64,000 nucleotides of DNA, taken from NCBI GenBank assembly GCA_965214605.1, contig OZ243961.1, forward strand, positions 3,136,001-3,200,000, written 5' to 3'. Shown piece by piece: positions 59,956 to 64,000 of the stretch (position 1 is its first letter; every line of letters begins with the position of its first letter). This DNA comes from an uncultured Candidatus Binatia bacterium. Its GTDB lineage: Bacteria; Desulfobacterota; Binatia; Bin18. The position numbers and the translations under genes are program-made. Below the pieces are notes generated by a model, which searched no databases, was not told the origin of the DNA, and saw nothing but the letters and a program-made list of their open reading frames with translations.

Positions 59956-60996
59956 ATGCCTCGTCAGCTCAGCTTAAGCGTCGTTGATCAGTCTCCGGTC
60001 CGCAAAGGCGGAACCGGCGGAGACGCGCTGCGCGAAACAATCGCCTTGGCCCAGGCGGTCGAAACGCTGGGCTATCAGCGCTACTGGGTTGCCGAACATC
60101 ACAGCTTGCCCGGCTTTGCCGGCACCTGTCCCGAGGTCATGGTTGGACAGATTGCGGCGCAGACCAGGACCCTCCGGGTCGGCAGCGGCGGGGTTATGCT
60201 GTCCCACTATAGTGCACTCAAGGTGGCCGAAACCTTTCGGGTGCTGGAGTCCTTGTATCCGGGCCGGATTGATTTGGGTATTGGCCGTGCGCCAGGCAGT
60301 GACCAACGCACCGCTGCCGCCCTGGCCTACCCTGGACAGACGCGAGACATTCAGCATTTTCCCGAACAGGTCGATCACGTCATCTCCTATTTAGGCGACA
60401 CTATGGCTCCCTCTCACCCCTTTGCCGCAGTCAAAGCCGGGCCAAGCCCGGCCACCACTCTGCCAGAGGTGTGGCTACTCGGATCGGGTATTGATTCGGC
60501 ACTGCTGGCCGCTGAGCGGGGATTGCCGTTTAGCTACGCGTATTTCTTTGGTGCCGGCGTTGAGCACGGACCGGCCATTGTTGAGCACTATCGGCGTCAG
60601 TTCCGCCCGTCTGAGCACCTCGCCGAACCACGGGTGAACGTCGCTGCCCAGGTCTTGTGTGCGGAGACAGAAGAAACCGCGCGTCGGCTGGCTCTGAGCC
60701 GCAACCTAGTCCGCCTCAATATTATTCGCGGCCGTGGGACCGGGGTGCCGCCGGTCGAAGAGGCCGAGGCGTATCCGTACAGCTCTCAGGAGCGAGCCTA
60801 CCTGGAGCAACAGAGCCGGGTTAATCTTGACGGGGACCCCGAGCAGGTCAAAGCCAAACTCGACCAGCTGGCCGAACTATATCAGACCACGGACTTGAGT
60901 GTCGTGACGATCTGTTATGCCTTTGCCGACCGACTTCGGTCGTACGAACTGATTGCCCAGGCGTGTGGGCTCACACGTCCCAAGACTGCTTGCTGA
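59956..60996 (+). CDS. LLM-class oxidoreductase (YhbW/group 1)
   Basis: LSVVDQSP, RYWVAEHH, RVGSGGVMLSHYS.LKVAE, GRIDLGIGRAPGSD. Confidence 0.9.
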   Translation: MPRQLSLSVVDQSPVRKGGTGGDALRETIALAQAVETLGYQRYWVAEHHSLPGFAGTCPEVMVGQIAAQTRTLRVGSGGVMLSHYSALKVAETFRVLESLYPGRIDLGIGRAPGSDQRTAAALAYPGQTRDIQHFPEQVDHVISYLGDTMAPSHPFAAVKAGPSPATTLPEVWLLGSGIDSALLAAERGLPFSYAYFFGAGVEHGPAIVEHYRRQFRPSEHLAEPRVNVAAQVLCAETEETARRLALSRNLVRLNIIRGRGTGVPPVEEAEAYPYSSQERAYLEQQSRVNLDGDPEQVKAKLDQLAELYQTTDLSVVTICYAFADRLRSYELIAQACGLTRPKTAC

Positions 60997-61383
60997 CCGC
61001 TCGCACTCGGACCGAAACCCTCAGACGTTGGAGCACCGTGGTCCAGTGTGTGAAGTGGCCCGCGTTTTGGGCGCCGACCCCTCAGATAAGCGAAATATCA
61101 AACGGGAGTGGGGGAGTCGGTCATGACCACTTTTGCCGGCTTATCCGGCGCACCGCGGTGGAAAACGTTGTTGTCAAGTCCCCTCCACGGGCGCGAACCC
61201 GCAATACCGCCTGGGGCTTCTTCTAAAGCCAGCTAGTCCTAGACCGCAATGTGGACCGCTTCCAGTCTTGACTCCTAAGACCGACTTGTCTACTTCTCTG
61301 GACATGCTCCATCTGGCCAGTCCTTCCAGGGGTAAAGCAGTGACTTGAGGTCTCCTGTAACAAAGCATGAGTTCGGCCATATT

Positions 61384-62337
61384 GTGAAGCGCAACGAATT
61401 TTTTCAGAAACTCGATCAAGTAAGAGTCTGGCGAGGGGGCCAACGGCGTGCGCCGCACAAGCCGTTGCTGATCCTGCTCGCGCTTGGCCGGATCGCTCGG
61501 GGAGAAGATCGCTTGGCTCGCTACGAACAGGATATTGAGCCTCCCCTGAAGGAGCTACTCAAGCGTTTCGGACCGCCCCGCGAAGCAATTCATCCTGAGC
61601 CCCCGTTCAGCCGTCTCCACAAAGACGGGCTGTGGGAAATTCCGGGCAGAGAATCGCTGCCCGCCTCAAAATCGGGAGATTTGCTCCGGAGTGGGCTCAT
61701 CAAACATGCTGTGACGGGAGGTTTCCCCAAGTCAATCTACAAACTGCTCCGCTCCGATCCCGACCTAGTGCAGCGGGCCGCCCAAGCCCTCCTCTACGCA
61801 CACTTTCCCTATTCACTGCACGAAGACATCCGTACCGTAATCGGGCTCCCGGCTGAGTTTCTGGTCAAGGACTCCCCAGGCCTTCCTTATGGCCTCGCGA
61901 CACCGCGCGTTCCCACTCCTGGGCGTGACCCGACCTTTCGTCAGAATGTCCTTGACGCGTATAAGAACCGTTGTGCCGTGTGTGGATTTGATCTACGCCT
62001 GGAAGGCGAATTCCTCTTGGAGGCCGCGCATATCAAGTGGCATTCGGCCGGCGGCCCGAGTGAGGTTCCGAACGGCTTGGCCTTATGCAGTATTCATCAT
62101 AAAGCGCTGGATCGGGGCGCGCTTGGCCTGGCTCCGGCTACCGGGGGCTTCACAATCCTCATTTCGGCCAAAGTCAACGATGAAAACGCTGCGACCCGTT
62201 GGTTCTGGGATTGCCACGGCACCTCCCTCCGCCCTCCTCATAGCAGTGAGTTCAACCCGAGAGCCGAGTTCGTAGAGTGGCACGAACGCGAGGTCTTTCG
62301 CCGCCCACCTCGAGACTCGCCGAGTCGGCCGGCTTAG
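61384..62337 (+). CDS. SBD-HNH endonuclease (phosphorothioate-DNA-directed type IV restriction enzyme family)
   Basis: N-terminal RAPHKPLLILLAL...PPFSRL.KDGLWE. C-terminal RDPTFR..VL.AY..RCAVC, LEAAHIKW, NGLALCSIHHKALDRG. Confidence 0.8.
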   Translation: MKRNEFFQKLDQVRVWRGGQRRAPHKPLLILLALGRIARGEDRLARYEQDIEPPLKELLKRFGPPREAIHPEPPFSRLHKDGLWEIPGRESLPASKSGDLLRSGLIKHAVTGGFPKSIYKLLRSDPDLVQRAAQALLYAHFPYSLHEDIRTVIGLPAEFLVKDSPGLPYGLATPRVPTPGRDPTFRQNVLDAYKNRCAVCGFDLRLEGEFLLEAAHIKWHSAGGPSEVPNGLALCSIHHKALDRGALGLAPATGGFTILISAKVNDENAATRWFWDCHGTSLRPPHSSEFNPRAEFVEWHEREVFRRPPRDSPSRPA

Positions 62338-62521
62338 AGTCGTATGCGTGTATTACAGATGACGGCGGTCTTGGCCAGCGATCCTCTACGTATAGCGGAT
62401 TGACAGTTTTCCTTTCGAGCGTCATGCTGGACCACTTCAAGAAATCTTGACCCACAACATGGGTGAGCACCGCCCCTGTCGAGGACCGGCTCACTCGGAG
62501 AGCGTTTGAGGAAGCAGACAG

Positions 62522-63376
62522 ATGACGGATTTTCATATTGAGCCTCTTGATGCGAGCTTTGGAGCGACCGTGACCGGACTAAAGCTTGCCGACATTGACG
62601 AGACCTCCTTCAGCCGGCTCTACGACGCCTGGCTTGAGTACGCGCTGCTCATTTTCCCGGACCAGCATCTCTCGAATGAACAGCAGGTGGAGTTTGCCAC
62701 CCGATTTGGTGAGCTGGAATTTGATCTGCTGGCAATTAGCAACGTGAAAAAGGATGGCAACGTTCGGGTTGAAGACGATGACGACACCGTCATTCAAGTG
62801 CTCAAGGGCAACATGGGCTGGCACTGTGACAGCACCTATATGCCCGTTCAGGCCAAAGGAGCGGTGTTTACGGCACATGTTGTGCCGTCGTCTCGTGGAG
62901 AAACCGGCTGGGCTGATTTACGAGCGGGATATGAGGCCCTTGACAAAGCCATGAAAGAGAAAATTGCCGATCTGTCAGCTTACCACTCCCTGCGATATTC
63001 ACAGAAAAAGGCCGGCTTTACGCCCAAAGCGGGGGGCGACTATAACGGCTATGGTTTAAATGTGCAGGACCCGCCGCTCAGACCCCTCGTTAAAACGCAT
63101 CCCGAGACCGGGCGGAAATCCCTACTGATTGGCCGCCATGCCTACGGCATTCCTGGCCTGGATCCGGCCGAGTCCGAACAATTACTCCGGACATTAGTGG
63201 ACCATACCTGCCAGGCCCCCCGCGTCTATCACCACAGATGGACAGTAGGAGACGCAGTCGTGTGGGATAACCGCCGCCTACTGCACCGGTCCTGCCCGTG
63301 GGATATGCGAGAGGCGCGGGTGATGTACCACGCGAGAGTAGCCGGAGACCCGGTATCTGAATTTGCGGCAGGCTAG
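62522..63376 (+). CDS. TauD/TfdA family Fe(II)/2-oxoglutarate dioxygenase
   Basis: WHCDSTY, PLVKTHPETGRKSL, WDNRRLLHR. Confidence 0.93.
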   Translation: MTDFHIEPLDASFGATVTGLKLADIDETSFSRLYDAWLEYALLIFPDQHLSNEQQVEFATRFGELEFDLLAISNVKKDGNVRVEDDDDTVIQVLKGNMGWHCDSTYMPVQAKGAVFTAHVVPSSRGETGWADLRAGYEALDKAMKEKIADLSAYHSLRYSQKKAGFTPKAGGDYNGYGLNVQDPPLRPLVKTHPETGRKSLLIGRHAYGIPGLDPAESEQLLRTLVDHTCQAPRVYHHRWTVGDAVVWDNRRLLHRSCPWDMREARVMYHARVAGDPVSEFAAG

Positions 63377-63501
63377 TTGGCGGTGGATAGACCGCACAGC
63401 GTAGCTGTGGTGGGACTCGTTGCTCTGAGACGCGGCGCGCTCCCGCAGCGAACTCGGACGGTGAGGCCCGTTGCGCTCTGCTCGGGGAAGACGGGGATCG
63501 C

Positions 63502-64000
63502 CTAGCGGCAGTGCGGTATGACCTCTTGAGCAAACAACTCCATCGAGCGTCTGACGATGGTCGGCTCGACTAGCCCACCCTGGTTGAAGTAGCCGATGAA
63601 TTCGTCCATGTGAAATTCTTCCTGTAGAGCTTTGATGCGCGTAATACAGTGGGCCGGGTCGCCGAACACGCCCATGCGTTTATCCACCCCGTCGTAGTTG
63701 ACCCGTTCAAGCCGCTTGAGGACTTGCTGAAATGCCTCAAAACTCTTGACCGGAGCCGTGCTCAGGGGCTTGAGGCGCTCGCCCGCAGCCTCAAAGAAGT
63801 GCATCAGGCTGGCTTCACACTCTTGGCGCGCCTGCTCTCGGCTGTCCGACACATGGACCGGAAACATCAGGGCAACGTCTTGGCGTACGTCGGACCGGAG
63901 CGCCTCCCGATGGACCCCTAAGTACTCGCGCAGTTTATCCGGCGGGTTGATCAGCGGTGAGGCAAAAATGGGCGTGCCCAGCCGCCCGGCAATGCTGAAG
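63502..64000 (-). CDS. LLM-class oxidoreductase, C-terminal part (start beyond window)
   Basis: GRLGTPIFASPLI, GVFGDP..CI.RI..LQEE, RRSMELFAQEVIPH. Confidence 0.85.
   Translation of the reverse strand, partial: FSIAGRLGTPIFASPLINPPDKLREYLGVHREALRSDVRQDVALMFPVHVSDSREQARQECEASLMHFFEAAGERLKPLSTAPVKSFEAFQQVLKRLERVNYDGVDKRMGVFGDPAHCITRIKALQEEFHMDEFIGYFNQGGLVEPTIVRRSMELFAQEVIPHCR

Noticed and set aside
60997-61383. tRNA/ncRNA or att site before the HNH gene
   Set aside because: No cloverleaf or T-loop consensus and no flanking direct repeat found by eye.

Overview
GC-rich bacterial chromosomal window. Gene content suggests an uncultured Binatia/'Deltaproteobacteria'-type heterotroph, possibly sponge-associated (inference, not proven). 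The left half (1-35 kb) is accessory and catabolic. It holds luciferase-like monooxygenases, two paralogous SDRs, a KstR2-like TetR, an acyl-CoA dehydrogenase pair, a CYP51-like P450, a double hot-dog hydratase, a fused class III CoA-transferase, an amidohydrolase, two TonB-dependent receptors sharing a ~500-bp identical block, secreted proteins sharing an unnamed C-terminal domain, and several pseudogenes. The right half is mostly housekeeping: folD-gcvTHPAPB, uvrA lacking its insertion domain, iscS-iscA-hscB-hscA-iscX without iscU/iscR/fdx, sppA, korAB, pepA and UDG. It also carries an orphan NorQ/CbbQ ATPase and an SBD-HNH type IV restriction nuclease. Top signal: the ORF track splits a selenoprotein. 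An in-frame TGA at 2980-2982 gives a UGSC motif followed by a SECIS-like hairpin, in a GrdB/PrdB-like context within a tetR-sdr-partner-UGSC-LLM operon of unknown function. No rRNA, tRNA, CRISPR array or intact transposase was seen.
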